A stretch of DNA of 64,000 nucleotides from the human T2T-CHM13v2.0 reference genome, Homo sapiens. Below the pieces are notes generated by a model. It did not search any database, was not told where the DNA came from, and saw only the letters and a list, made by a program, of their open reading frames with translations. Both the position numbers and the translations under genes were made by a program. Shown here one piece after another: positions 12,615 through 35,159 of the stretch. The first letter of the stretch is position 1; each line of letters opens with the position of its first letter. The stretch lies in assembly GCF_009914755.1 (NCBI RefSeq), contig NC_060925.1. One strand, written 5' to 3'.

Positions 12615-15190
12615 TGACATGGTGATGTCAGCAAGATGGTACAATAGGAGGTAGGTGTCAGCCTCCATTTCCCCCACAGAGACACTGACTTAACAATATA
12701 CTGACCAAAATACCTTTATTTTGGTAGAATTCTAAAAACCAATTAGGTTTTACTACCCCAGGCAAGCACAAAGCCAAAAAGAACCACACTGAAACAGGTA
12801 AGGAGCTGTTTCACTTTATCTGTGATTGTCTCTTCCTCAAACCAGCACAGCTCAGCTTGGGTCACAGGTTCTTCCTTGGGGGAAAGAGAAGAGCAGAACA
12901 TACATTTAATGTTCTGGCCTTTTAGAAGGCTGCCCACGGACTGGTTTATTCTCTTGCCTAACTTGATGTACTAATGGAACTGGAATACTCTGGATGCCCG
13001 GGGGCCACTGAAAGCAAGGGAGAACGGGGTTGGGAAGTACATCTTGCTGCAACACTGGAGGGCCTGTAGTGCCAGAGACAGAGGTCAGCACACTCAGCAC
13101 AATTGAGAGAAGGCTCCCAATTTGTGGCTTCTCTCTTGGGAAGGAAGGAGAAGAGCAGAACATGTGTTAGTATTCTGCCTTTTGGGAGAACTGCCTAAGG
13201 GACTGGTATTTGTCACCTAATTTGGGGTGCTAATGGGGAGCCAACATAATTTGAATGCCTGGGGGCCACTGAGCACAAAGGAGAGCAGGGAGACTTGCTG
13301 CAGTACTACCAGAGAACCTGCAGTACCTCAGACAGACACTAGAAAGAACAGAAAATTATGCACTTCTGAAAGTAACAACAAACTGGCAAAGGTCTGTAAT
13401 TGGGAAATTAGAAGCATGAGCCCAGAGAAGTAACATCCCCTCTGAAAGGATTCGGAGGTTCCCAGAATCTATCTTGGCTGCTTATTGAAGCCAAGACCTT
13501 ACTGAAGGTCTTTCTCTGTATGAAGCCAGTCTGTGAAAAATCAGAAAAACAATGTGTGAATGAAATGAGAATGTCAGTAGAGACAGAAACAAATAACCAA
13601 ACAAATTCTGAAACTGAAGAATACAATAACTGAATTGAAAAATTCACTACAGGGGTTCAACAGCAGACTTAAGCAGAATGAAGAATCAGGTAACTTTGAA
13701 GACAGATTGAACTTAGTGAGTCAGAGGAACAAAAAGAAAAAAAAGAATGAAGAAAAGTTAAAAAATCCCAAGGGATTTATGCCACACCATCTAGTGGATC
13801 AATATACACATTATGGGAGTTCCAGAAGAAGAGGGAGAGAAAGGGATTGAGAATGTAATTGAAGAAATAATGGCCCAAACTTCCAAAATCTGAGAAATGA
13901 AATGGATATCCAATCCCAAGAAGCTCAAAGAACTCCAATTAAGATGAACCAAAGAGGCCCACAATAAGGAGCACTCATTACAATCAAACTGTCAGCAGTC
14001 AAAGACAAAATCTTGAAGCTAGCAAGATAAAAGCAAGTCATCACATACAAGGAAACTTTATAAAATTATCAGGGAGTTTCTCAGCAGAAACCTTATAGGC
14101 AAGAGGGAGTGTGATGATATAATTAAAGTGCTGAAAGAAAACACACACACACACACACACCCTGCCAAACAAGAACACGACATCCAGCAAAACTGTCCTT
14201 CAACAATGAAAGAGAGGCTGGGTATGGTTACTGATGCCTATAATCCTAGCACTTTGGGAGGCTAAGGCAGGAGGATTGCTTGAGGTCAGGAGTTTGAGAA
14301 CAGCCTGGACAACATAGTGAGACCCTGTCTCTACACACACACACGCGCACACACACACACACACACAAAGCTGGTGTGATGGCATGAGCCTGTACTCCTA
14401 GCTATTCAAGAGGTTGAGGTGGGAAGATCACTCAAGCCCAGGAATTTGAGGTTAGAGTGAGCTATGATCATGCTAGCCTTCCAACCTGGGTGATGGCAAG
14501 ACGATGCTAAAAAAAAAAGAAAGAAAAACTTACTAAGATAAGCAAAAGCTTAGGGAATTCATCCCCACAACACCTGCCTTACACGAAATGTTAGGGTGAG
14601 TCCTCAGGTTTAACCTAAAGGATGCTAGACAGCAACACAAACACATACAAAAATATATGACTCACTAGTAAAGGTATATCTATAGATAAATACAAAAGAC
14701 TATAACACTGTAATGTTGGTATGTAAATCCCTTAATAACTGGTATATAATTTAAGAGAGAAAAACATAAAAACTCAAACTGCATTGATGCATACAAAATA
14801 TAAAAAGATGAAATTTGTGACATTGATAAAGTGGAGGAGACGTAAAGGAGTAGAGTTTTTGTATGTAATTGAAATTGTTATTAGCTTAAAATAGATTGTT
14901 ATAATTATAAGATGTGTATGTAAATCTCATGGTAGCCATGAAGAAAATATCCATAGAAGATGCACAGAAAAAAATGAGAAAAGAATCAAAGCAAGTCAAC
15001 ACACACAAAAATCAGTGAAACACAAAGGAAGGGCACCAAGAGAAGAAAAGAGAGACAAAATAACTACGAGACAGACAGAAGTAATAATAAAGTGGCAATA
15101 ATAAGTTCTTTCCTATCAGTAATTATTTTAAATGTAAGTGGATTAATCTCTACAATCAAAAGACATAGTGTAGCTGAATGAATAAAAGTA
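12615..15190 (+). mobile_element. Old L1M fragment (5'UTR, ORF1 relic, start of ORF2)
   Basis: gatgtcagcaagatgg 5' motif; ORF1-like peptide MKNSLQGFNSRL; ttctcagcagaaacctta; ORF2-start-like tttaaatgtaagtggattaa. Confidence 0.75.
14216..14527 (+). mobile_element. AluJ with (CA)n replacing the middle A-linker
   Basis: Dimer seen directly, inside L1M. Confidence 0.9.
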
Positions 15191-16533
15191 ATTCTGGTTA
15201 CTAGTTCCACGTGTAAGGAGCTTAGAAGTCACCCCTCTGTTTTAGCAATAAGTAAAAGCTGAACGAACTGAAAGATCAACAACTCTTCTTAGATCCATAA
15301 AACAAGTGAGGTCACAGGGCAAATCATTGCCCCCCAAATTGGAGAGACAGGTAGATACAGAGAATCACAACATACCAGAACAGAAACCTGTGTGGAAACC
15401 AGTGCCAGGGTAGGAAAACCTAAACTGTAGCTGATCAACTTCTGGAACATTTGGAGAGCTCACAAGGGACTGGTACTTGAAATTCTGTAGAGCTCCTTGT
15501 TTCATTTAGGACTTGTACTCCATGCCTTTTCTGAGAAGGGTCTTTCTCTTTCTTAGCAGTGAAAGGAACTAGTCTGTCCTTCCTGGTTTTCTGTTAAACT
15601 AAGCCTATTTCATTTTAGCTCCTTCTTGAATTCCAGCCAGCTAAGACTTTCCTCTGGAATAAGTCTCAGAGTTAAAAATGTCAGAGGACTGCAGTGTCCT
15701 GACACTAGCTGGAACCAGTGATGTGGCCATGTTCCTGGCACCTGAGACCACTCAGTACCCTACACCCCAGGGAACAGACAGCCCAGCACATCAGGGAGAT
15801 TGCCCCCAGGACATAGGGAGCCAAAGTTCACACCCCTCAGAGTCTGAGAGCTGCCTGCCTAGGGCCACCATCACTGATAGCAACTCTGCCCCCTTTAGCA
15901 GAGGGGTCACACACTGCCTGGGGGCCCAAGGACTGAACTTCTTGGGGCTGCTGCTACCACTGCCACCATGGGTGCCTGTGTGCATGCCATCTTGGGGCCA
16001 ACGACCGGCCCACCAAGGGCAACCATTTCCACCACCAGCACCTGTGCATGCTGTCCAGGGACCAGAGGACAATCCATTTAGGGTCACTGCTGCCACTACT
16101 GATACTTGCATGCACTGCCTGGGGATCTGAGGACTGGCCCACACAGAATCTATATCTACAGCAAAGCTTCACCACAGCCTTCACAAACAACTGCAGCCTA
16201 AGCCAATGAGGAACTTGGAGATACTGGTGACACTGATTACAGCTGTAGGAATCATACAGACACTACACTATAATTCTCACTCAGAACCAAAGCTAAACAA
16301 CCCTACCCAATTGATACTATAGATACATCTACAGGAAAAAGTCTTCCCCTGTGAAAGCTACTTCATAAAATTGGAAGAAGTGACTATTATACTAGATGCA
16401 TAGATATCAACATAGAGACACAAGAAACAAACAAAAAAGGCAAGGAAACATGACACCTCCAAAGGAACACAATAATTATTCAGTAATAGACCCAAAGAAA
16501 AGGAAGTCTACGAAATGCCTTAAAAGGGATTCA

Positions 16534-17187
<654 letters not shown>

Positions 17188-18359
17188 AGCCTATATGACA
17201 TATAGGACACCATCAAGAAAATAAACATTTGTATTTTTGGTATTTCAGAAGAAGAGATGGCAAAGGCATAGAAAACCTACTTAATGAAATAATCACTGGA
17301 AATGTCTCAAGTCTTGAGAGAGAAATATAGACATCCAGATATGGAAAGCTCAGAAGTCTCCAGATTGATTCAACCCCAAAAGGTCCTTTCTGGGACACAT
17401 TATAAAACTGTCAAAAGTCAAAGACAAAGAGAATTCTAAAAACAAGAGAAAAGCATCAAGTCATATATATAAGGGAATTCCCATCACACTAACAACAGCA
17501 TAAACCTTACAAGCCAGGAGAGAAAGGACTCATATATTCAAAGTGCTAAAGGAAAAAAAAACAAAACAAAACTACTAGCCAAGAATACCCACCAAAGGTA
17601 TCCTTCAGAAATGAAGGAGAAATAAAGTTTTTCTCAGATAAGCAAAAATTGAGGGACTTCATCACCACCAGACTGGTCCTAAAAGAAATGCTTAAGGGAC
17701 TCCTACATCTGCAAGCAAAAAGATTATATCAACACTTATGAAAACACAGAAAGGTATAAAACTCACTGGTAGAGTTGATATACAAATAAAAAAAAGAATC
17801 AAATATTATCACTAGAGAAAAACCACCAAATTGCAAGGATAAACAATAAGAAAGGAGTAAATGATATATAAAACAATCAGAAAACAATTACAAAATGACA
17901 AGAGTAAATCCTCACCTATCAATAGTAACCCTGAATATAAACGTTTCAAATTCCTCAATTAAAAGATATAGAACAGCTGGATGGATTTAAAAAAAACCAA
18001 ACTATATGCTGCTTACAAGAAAGTCACTTCACCTTTAAACATATAATAGACTGAAAGTGAAGGGATGGGAAAAGATATTCTACACAAATGGAAACCAAAA
18101 GCACGCAAGGATAGCTATACTTTTATCAGACAATATACACTTTAAGTGAAAAAACAGAGACAGAGGTCATTATATAATGATAAAGGGATCAATTCAGAAG
18201 GAGGATTGTGAATATATATGCATGCAACACCAGAACACCCAGATATGTAAAGTGTATTAGAGCTGAAGAGAGACCACAATACAATAATAGATGGGGACTC
18301 CCACACCCCACTTTCAACATTGGACAGATCATCTGGACAGAAAATCAACAAGGTAATAT

Positions 18360-18602
18360 CAGAATCGGAAATTCATTTTTCTATTTTTTTCCTCCTTCTT
18401 CCTTTACATAGAAATATGTTTTTCTATGTTTAACTTTATCTATTAACTTTTATCTATAGCTGGTTAGATTTTTCTCTCTTTTTTTTCTCTTTTGTTTTTT
18501 ATGACCACAAAGATCCAGAAGATATCTACAGTTGGTTTGAAAGTTATATTTTATACTTCTGGAGGTTTCCCTAACTTACCTACACTCACTTTTATACTTT
18601 TT
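18360..18602. repeat. Inverted duplicate of 23924-24148
   Basis: Reverse complement aligns along its length (e.g. tgaccacaaagatccagaagatatctaca vs tgtagatatcttctggatctttgtggtca); ORF track gives RIGNSF on opposite strands at both sites. Confidence 0.92.
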
Positions 18603-18605
18603 ACA

Positions 18606-18740
18606 TACATAATCACAAGGTCCCACAATAGGCTGTCTGCAAGCTGAGGAGAAAGGAGAGCCAGTCAAATTCCCAAAACTGAAGAACCTGGAGTCCAATG
18701 TTTAAAGGCAGGAAGCATCCAACACAGGAGAAAGATGTAG
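18606..18740 (-). mobile_element. Inverted MLT2A LTR fragment
   Basis: Reverse complement matches 22510-22645 of the downstream LTR (roughly 88% by eye). Confidence 0.9.
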
Positions 18741-21700
18741 CCTGTGGTCATTTCTCCAGTGCCAGAATGCATAATTGGCATAGACATACTTACCAGCTGG
18801 CAGAACCCCCACATTGGCTCCCTGACTGGTAGGGTAAGGGCTATTATGGTGGGAAAGGCCAAATGGAAGCCGTTAGAGCTGCCTCTACCTAGAAAAATCA
18901 AAAACAATATGGCATCCACGGAGGGATTGTGGAGATTAGTTTCACCATCAAGGACTTGAAAGATGCAGGAGTGGTGATTCCCACCACATCCCCATTTAAC
19001 TCTCTTATTTGACTTGTGCAGAGGACAGATGGATCTTGGAGAATGACAGTGGATTATCATAAGCTTAACCAAGTCATGACTCCAATTGCACCTGCTGTAC
19101 CAGATGTGGTTTCATTGCTTGAGCAAATTAACACATCTCCTGGTACCTGATATGCAGCCATTGATTTGGCAAATGCTTTTTCCCCATTCCTGTCCATGAG
19201 GCCCACGAGAAGCAATTTGCCTTCAATTGGCAGGGCCAGCAATATACCTTTACTGTCCTACCTCAGGGGTTTATCAACTCTCCGGCTTTGTGTCATAATC
19301 TTGTTTGGAGAGACGTTGATCAATTTTCTTTTCCACAAGACATCACGCTGGTCCATTACATTGATATCATTATGCTGATTGGATCCAGTGAGTGAGAAGT
19401 AGCAAACACGCTGGACTTATTGGTGAGACATTTGTGTACCAGAGGATGGAAAATAAATCTGACTAAAATTCAGGGACCTTCTATCTCAGTAAGATTTCTA
19501 GGGGTTCAGTGGTGTGGGGCCTGTCAAAATATTCCTTCTAAGGTGAAGGATAGGTTGCTGCATTTGGTCCCTCCTACAACCAAGAAAGAGGCACAACACC
19601 TACTGGGCCTATTTGGATTATGGAGGCAACACATTCTCTGCGTGGGTGTGTTACTCTGGCCCATCTATTGAATGACCTGAAAGGCTGCCAGTTTTTATTG
19701 GGGTCCAGAACAGAGAAGGCTCTGCAACAGGTCCAGGCTGCTGTGCAAACTGCTCTGCCACTTGGACCATAAGACCCAGTAGATCCAATGGTGCTTGAGA
19801 TGTCAGTGGCAATAGAGATGCTATTTGGAGCCTTTGACAGGACCCCATAGGTGAATCACAGTGGAGACCTCTAGGATTTTGGAGCAAGGCCCTGCCATCT
19901 TCTGCAGATAATGTCTCTTCTTTGGAGAGACAGCTCTTGGCCTGTTACTGGGCTTTGGTGGAAACTGAACATTTGACTATGGGTCATCAAGTCACCATGC
20001 AACCTGAACTACCTATCATGAACTGGGTGCTTTCTGACCTGTCTAGCCATAAAGTGGGGCATACACAGCAGCATTCCATCATCAAATGGAAGTAGTATAT
20101 ATGTGATTAGGGTCGAGCAGGTCCTGAAGGTACAAGTCAGTTACATGAAGAAGTGTCTCAAATGCCCATGGTCTCCACTTCTGCCACCCTGCCTTCTCTC
20201 CCCCAGCCTGCACTGATGGCCTCATGGGGAGTTCCCTATGATCAGTTGACAGAGGAAGGGAAAACTGGGGCTTGGTTCACAGGTGGTTCTGCATGATATG
20301 CAGTCACCACCTGAAAGTGGATAGCTGCAGCAGTACAGCTCCTTTCTAGGACATTCCTGAAGGACAGCGGTGAAGGAAAATCTTCCCAGTGGGCATAACT
20401 TTGAGCAGTGCACCTGGTTGTGCACTTTGCATAGAAGGAAAAATGGCCAGATATGCAATTATGTACTGATTCATGGACTGTAGCCAATAGTTTGGTTGGA
20501 TGGTCAGGGACTTGGAAGAAGCATGATTAGAAAATTGGTGACAAAGAAATTTGGGGAAGAGGTATGTGGATGACCTCTCTGAGTGGTCAAAAACTGTGCA
20601 GATATTTGTATCCCATGTAAGTGCTCATCAATGGGTGACCTCAGCAGAGGAGGATTTTAATAAGTGGATAGGATGACCCGTTCTGTGGACACACTCAGCC
20701 TCTTTCCCCAGCCACCCCTGTCATTGTCCAATGGGCCCATGAACAAAGTGGCCATGGTGGTAGGGATGGAGGCTACACATGGGCTCAGCAACATGGACTT
20801 CCACTCACCAAGGCTGACCTGGCTACAGCCACTGCTGAGTGCCCAATTGCCAGCAGCAGAGACCAACACTGAGCCCTTGATATGGCACCATTCCTCGGGG
20901 TGATCAGCCAGCTACCTGGTGGCAGGTTGATTATATTGGACCTCTTCCATCACGGAAAGGGCAGAGGTTTGTCCTCACTGGAATAGACACTTATTTCAGA
21001 TATGGGTTTGCCTATCTTGCATGCAATGCTTCTGCCAAGACTACCATCCATGGATTCATGGAATGCCTTATTCACCATCATGGTATTCCACAGAGGATTG
21101 CCTCTGACCAAAGCACTCACTTTACGGCTAAAGACGTGCGGCAGTGGGCTCATGCTCATGGAATTCACTGGTTTTACCATGTTCTCCATCATACTGAATC
21201 AGCTGGATTGACAGAATGGTGGAATGGCCTTTTGAAGTCACAATTACAACACCAACTAGGTGACTGTACTTTGCAAGGCTGGGGTGAAGTTCTCCAGAAG
21301 GCTGTGTATGCTCTGAATCAATGTCCAGTATATGGTACTGTTTCTCTTATAGCCAAGATCATGAGTCCAGGAATCAAGGGGTGGAAGTGGAAGTGGCACC
21401 ACTCATCATTACCCCTAGTGACCCACTAGCAAAATTTTTCTTTGTGTTCCTGTGACATTATGTTCTGCTGACCTAGAGGTCTTAGTTCCAGAGGGAGGAA
21501 GGCTGCCACCAGGAGACACAACAACAGTTCCATTAAACTGGAAATTAAGATTGCCACCTGGACACTTTGGGTTCCTCCTACATTTAAGCCAACAGGCTAA
21601 GAAGAGAGTTACAGTGTTGGCTGGGGTGATTGACCCAGACTATCAAGATGAAATCAGTCTGCTGCTCCACCACGGAAGTAAGAAAGAGTATGCATGAAAT

Positions 21701-22278
21701 ACAGGAGATCCATTAGGGCATCTCTTAGTATTACCATGCCCTGTGACTAAGGTCAGTGGGAAACTACAACAGCCCAATCCAAGCAGGACTACAAATGGCC
21801 CAGACCCTTCAGGAATGAAGGTTTGGGTTACTCCACCAGGCAAAAAATTATGACCTGCTGAGGTGCTTGCTGAAGGCAAAGGGAATAAGGAATAGGTAGT
21901 AGAAGAAAGTAGTCATCAATACCAGCTATGACCACGTGACCAGATGCAGAAATGACTGTAGTTGTCATGAGTATTTCTCCTTCTTTTGTTAAAAACATGT
22001 TTGTGCATGTGTACACTTGTACTAAGAAAATTTTCTTCATTTTTATTTCCTTTTTTCCTTTATCATGTGATATAAGATTTATTGACTTCATATCAGCATT
22101 TAAGTGTTGTTAATTTTACGTAATAGCATTTGGGTTGGGGATTGGTGCCCAAAAGATAGTTGTATTATGTTAGGTGTAATTATGTCTTTATTTGAATATT
22201 ATGTTTTTATTGTCTTATTTGAAGATTATGTATGATCTCAGGAGATGTGTATGGGTTCAAGTTGACAGGGGGTGGACT
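18741..22278 (+). mobile_element. HERV-L internal region (end of protease, RT, RNase H, integrase, dUTPase), defective, 5' half missing
   Basis: Peptides VISPVPECIIGIDIL, degenerate cattacattgatat (YIDD-like), LIHHHGIPQRIASDQSTHF (integrase), VLAGVIDPDYQDEI (dUTPase); PPT gacagggggtggac before the LTR. Confidence 0.93.
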
Positions 22279-22722
22279 TGTGATGGTTAATACTGAGTGT
22301 CAACTTTATTGGACTGAAGGATGCAAAATATTGTTCCTGGGTGTGTCTGTGAGGGTGTTGCCAAAGGAGATTAACATTTGAGTCAGTTGACCGGGAAAGG
22401 CAGATCCACCCTTAATCTGGGTGGGCACAATCTAATCAGCTGCCAGCGTGGCCAGAATAAAAAGCAGGCAGAAGAACATGAACAGAGTAGACTGGCTTAG
22501 CCTCCCAACCTACATCTTTTTCCTATGCTGGATGCTTCCTGCCCTTGAACATTGGACTCCAAGTTCTTCAGCTTTGGGACTCAGACTGGCTTCCTTGCTC
22601 CTCAGCTTGCAGATGGCCTATTGTGGGACCTTGTGATTGTGTGAGTTAATATTCCTTAATAAACTCCCCTTTATATATACATCTATCCTATTAGTTCTGT
22701 CCCTCTAGAGAACCCTAATACA
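22279..22722 (+). mobile_element. MLT2A 3' LTR of HERV-L
   Basis: Starts tgtgatggttaatactgagtgtcaact, ends ctagagaaccctaataca; contains AATAAA. Confidence 0.93.
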
Positions 22723-23430
<708 letters not shown>

Positions 23431-24394
23431 TGAGCTAAGGCAAGAATTGGCTTGACCGTTTATGTCCTAGAATGCACAGATTTGGAAGGAAAGATATGAT
23501 AGGGGTTCAGGAGTCTCAAACAGCAAAACAAGACTGCTCAAAACTTTTGTAAAGCACCCTTTACACTTCTCAGTTATGTAATGGGAAATAAGTCTGTGTC
23601 TTGGATTAGACCAGGGATATTGCTTTTTCACTCAGTACTATTGTTTCAGTTGTCCTCCAGATAGCAGCCATTAAACTGAAGAATAGAGGGATGGGATGGA
23701 TGGTATAAGGAAATTAGAAATGGTCTTTGTTGTCTAAATAATTAAATGCCATTTTAAAAAGATTAGATTTCCCTAACAATCTAGAGTTAAAGCTTCCAAT
23801 GATTTCAAAGTGTCAGGGAGGTAATCAAGAGACAGAGAGAGAGAGGTAAATGCATGCCAAGATTGTTAATTTGTTTGGGGTAAAGATTTAGATGCCGTGA
23901 GTTTTAGGCAATCATAAGAAAAAAAAAAGTATAAATGTGAGTGTAGGTAAGTTAGGGGAAACCTCCAGAAGTATAAAAATATAACTTTCAAACCAGTTGT
24001 AGATATCTTCTGGATCTTTGTGGTCAGAAAAAAGAAAAGAGAAAAAAGAAAAATCAAACCAGCTATAGATAAAAAATTAAACATAGAAAAACATATTTCT
24101 ATGTAGAGGAAGAAGAAGGAGAAAAACAAAAATGAATTTCCAATTCTGGTAATTCTGTGGACTAAAAAACCGTTTATAAAGCACCTACAGTTGTGCAATT
24201 GCTACATAAAACACAGCAAATATCCACTTAGATGCATGCAACTTTTTTTCTTTAGTTTACAGAGACTCAGTTTGTATTTATTTATTTTTTGATTATACAA
24301 GTAAATTTTAATGAAAACAGTGTGCATACATTTTGTGGCTAAATCTAATTATAATGCTCATTATTGGCATAGAACTTTCCAGTTTATAAAGAAC

Positions 24395-30140
<5,746 letters not shown>

Positions 30141-30764
30141 CAGCTTTCAAGAAAATAAGGAAAATTCCTAGAGGTAAAAAACAAACAGGAAGCTGAAAAC
30201 CAAGTGATAAGTGGGTGCTGACACTTTGGATGTTCTGAGCATGTTTACTGGTCTTGTAAGTCAGGGCTGTGAGTCTAATGACAAGACAATGACAAGAAAA
30301 TGGGGACTTGGATTTATGCAGGGTGAAGATTTGTAACTGAGATCTCTGGACAAAGATGATACCCTCAATTACCTACACCTTAGTGAAAAAGTGATCTAGG
30401 AGAAAAAGAAAACCAAAACACTTTGCTTGCTTTTGTGGGCTTGTGTTGAATGGTATTGATCTGGTTTATATATTGAAATAATTAGAAGAAGATGTTTGCA
30501 GTAAGGCATTTAAAATTCTGTAATTATTCAGGTAAAGGGAAAAATATTAATTTTTGAGATTAAGCATTCCTGTGAAAATGGTAAGGAAGGCACTAAAGCA
30601 ATAAATTGAATTCCAATTAGTAAAGGGGAAAACCTGGATTAATGAAAACAAATCAATCCCAAAGAAAAATAGGACAAATAGAAATATTTGTCTAAATAAA
30701 TGTGAAATGGAATGAACTAACCAGTTAAAACACAAAAATTTTTCAGATTAGTTAAGAAAACCCC

Positions 30765-31013
30765 TGTGGCTTACTCCTGTAATCCCAGCACTTTGGGAGA
30801 CTGGGGCAGGAGGATTTATTGAGGCCAGGAGTTCCAGGCCAACCTGGGCAACATCCCTGTAATCCGAGCTACTCAGGAAGATGAGGCAGGAGGATCTTTT
30901 TACAGGAGTTCGAGGCTGCAGTATGCTATAATCATGCCACTGCACTTCAGCCTGGGCAACAGAGTGAGACCCTGTTGCTAAAGAAAAAAAGAAGGAAAGA
31001 AAGAAAAAAAGAA
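30765..31013 (+). mobile_element. AluJ with internal deletion
   Basis: Both arms present, linker region missing. Confidence 0.8.
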
Positions 31014-31254
31014 ACCCTCAAATCCTGTTATATGTTATTTATAAGAAATAAACCTAAAATGTAAGCACACAGAAAGGTTGAAAGTACAAGAATTTAAAAA
31101 ATTATCCCAAGGAATTACCAATTAAAAGAAATTTAGTGTGTAGAAAATATAGACTTTAAAGAAAAAAGCATTATTAGGGATACAAATGGCCACATAATGA
31201 GGAGTTACAATTCACTAGTAATATATATTTCCAAAGTTATAAGCACCTCAAAAG

Positions 31255-31457
31255 TTATGTGTAGCCTTGTTTCTTTGAGTGGAAGCTCTAAGAATCAGTG
31301 TGTATTTTGCCACAGTGCTCTTTTTTCCACTGCTATGGCAACCAGGATTGTTCTAGGTAGTACCTTCTCCATCAGCCCAGGTCCCAGACTGAGGACGAGG
31401 ACAATACTCCTAGCCAATTCATGATGGACAAGTGTCATGAGCAAGAAATAAATCTTT
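31255..31457 (+). mobile_element. MLT1 (J/K-like) MaLR LTR fragment
   Basis: ctccatcagcccaggtccc...gatggacaagtgtcatgagcaagaaataaatcttt. Confidence 0.55.
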
Positions 31458-31857
<400 letters not shown>

Positions 31858-32281
31858 TCACCACATCAAGATAATGAACACATCTATCACACCTAAAAGT
31901 TTCTTCATGCCCTTTGTGATCCCTTTCCCTCATCCCTCTTCTCTGTCCATTGGCTTTCAGGTGAATGTTGAATCTGCTTTTGTCACCGTAGATTAGCTTA
32001 CATTTTCTAGAATTTTGTATAAATGGGATCATGCAGTATGTATTCTTGTTTTGGTTGGTCTGCTTTCTTTCACTCAGCATAATTATTTTGAGATTCATGC
32101 ATTATGTAGTGTATATAAATATTTATCCATTTTTATTGTTGAATTTTATTTCATTGGATAGCCATACATTTATATGTTTATCCATTCACCTCTTGATGGA
32201 CATTTTGAGTGTGTCCAGTTTGGGGTTATTACAAATAAAGCTGCTATGAACATTTCTGTAGAATTCTTTGTATAGCCAAAT

Positions 32282-33822
32282 TGTCACAGGATCCTTAGGG
32301 TGTCACTTTTCCAGCTGGAAGCCTCTGTGGCCAGTGGCACCTTTGCCCGAGTTGTGCTTGGGTCTACTAGGCTCATTCTGCCCACTCAACCTCACAGGCT
32401 GTGCTCAGCTTGTTCTACTGGCCCGGATCCCATGCCTGCCAAGGGTGAGCCAGGTGCAGAGTGATGAGAGGTGCATGAGAGAGGTGCATGGGGTCCAGCC
32501 ACTGCACACAGCCAGGCACACCAGCTGCTGTGGGTGGGCAGCTCCAGGCGCTGGCCCAGGTGCTGGCTCCATGTGAGGCTGTGGCTGGACCAGGCATAGT
32601 GCATGTGGCTTCCACTGTGGGCTCCAGGGAATGTGGTGCCTCCAGGAAGCTTGGAGATACCAGGAACCACAGAGCCCCAAAGAGGGTGTCACAGCCCTGG
32701 CTCAGAGAGCCCTTAGGTTTGGACTCCCTGAAGGACTGCAGCTCTTCTCTCCTTCTCATCACTTGCAATGTGGCAAGCCAGTGGGAGGGGGTGGGATGTG
32801 TTTCAGCCCTGTTTGTGTTACAGCTCTTTCAGCCCTACCATTTGGCGGGTCCCGAGTTCTTGTCCTGCATCCAGGAAGAATGAGGTATGCAGACAACTGG
32901 AAGGTAAGCAAGGCGAAAAGGTGCTTTATTGACCAACAGTACAGCTCTCAGGAGACCCAATGTAGGTAGCTCCTTTCCACAGGCAGTTCATCCTGTCAAG
33001 TGCAGCCCTCAGAAGAGAGGAGACCCAGAGTGGGTAGCTCCTATCTGCAGGCAGGTTGTCCCAACATCTGTGTGACTCTGAGTCTGGCTGAGTCTGGGTT
33101 TTTTATGGGCTTCAGAAGGGAGGAAGTGTGTGCTTATTGATCCATGGGTGGCCACACGTGGGCCCAGAAAAAGCACCATAAGTTCTCATTCCAGGCTGCA
33201 GACTCCATCCAGAACTGACAGCCGAGTTCCCATGCTCCAGGACGTTTCTGGCATGAAGATGGGGCTTCACCGGGGACCTGCCCAGAATCCTGTCAGCCTC
33301 CTGCCACCATCAATCATGTCATCCACAGTGCCCAGGCTGTTTGTGCTGAGGGGTGCCTGCAGGCCCATGCCTAGATGCCCTCAGAACCCCCTCAATCTCA
33401 AAGTCTGGAGGTGGCCGAGGCGGCAGGGGGCTGGTGTGTCAACGCCACCCTGAGTGCACTCCCACACCCTGCTGGGTTGTGACAGTGCCCAGGCTTGGCC
33501 TCAACTTTGTTCCAAAATCAGAGCATGCACTGGATACAGGGATAGGCCAGGCAAGGGGAGCAGGTACTTCCAAGCCTGCAGGGGCAGGGGGGCTTCCTGG
33601 GCCCCCGAGAGTGCAAGGATGCCTGGATCCATAACCACAGCTGGGTGGCTGCAGCTGTGCCTGGGATAGCAGGTCTCCCACCCTGCCAACTTGGAAAAAG
33701 GTGGGGCTCCTACCTGTTTCCAGCTCCCAGCTCTTTGGTGCATGCAGTTCCAGCTGGGTCTCCTCCATTGCAAAGCCAGCAACTTTGCAGTGGCCACTCT
33801 AGATGGGCTGCAGCTGCCATCA
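32282..33822 (-). mobile_element. MER52-family solo LTR (ERV1), inserted in an L1M 3' fragment
   Basis: TG...CA termini; reverse strand starts tgatggcagctgcagcccatctagagtggccactgc and the plus strand starts tgtcacaggatccttagggtgtc; GC-rich 1.54 kb; L1M sequence resumes after it. Confidence 0.8.
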
Positions 33823-34592
33823 ATATGCTTTCATTTCTCTTGGGTAAATAAATAACTAGAAATGGCTGGCTCAAGTGGTAGGTATATGCTTACCTTTTTA
33901 AAAAACTGCCAAACTGTTTTCCAAAGTATACCGTTGTGATTTTCATGTTTGTTTCCCTAGTGGCCAATGATGTTGAAAATATTTTTATGTGCTTATTTGC
34001 ATCCATATATCTTATTTGGTGAAGTGTCTGTTTACATATTTTTTTCCATTTTTTATTGGGTTGTTTTCTTTTTCAATTCAAAATTTCTGGTCTTTGAAAG
34101 ATACTTTAAACAGAATAGAAAGACAATTGGGTATGTGTGAATATAAATAGTAGCACAGGGAGATCTTTATAATAATATAATTGTTCTGTATCTTGATTGT
34201 TGTGGTGGTTACACAAATATACACATGTGATAAAATGATATAGAACTATACACATACATTGTATCCATGTGTTATTCCTGGTTTTGATAGTGTACCTTAA
34301 TTATGTCAGATACAACCATTGGGGGAAACTGATTGAAGGGTATACAGGGACTCTGTACTATCTTTGCAACTACCTCTAAATCTAAAATTATTTCAAAATT
34401 AAAAATTTTAAAATAGACAATTCACAGACCTTCTAAAGTAAATTGTATGTGGATGATTGATTATAAGGGGAAAAATAAAATGGATCCCTATCTTACAACA
34501 TACACAAAAGTCAATTCCTAGAGTATTTGAGACCTATATATAAACAGAAAAATTGTTATACAAGACAATATAGAAGATTATCTTTTTGACTA

Positions 34593-35159
<567 letters not shown>

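Noticed and set aside
32268-33851. Dense overlapping 70-130 aa ORFs
   Set aside because: By-product of the GC-rich MER52 LTR; no recognisable domain
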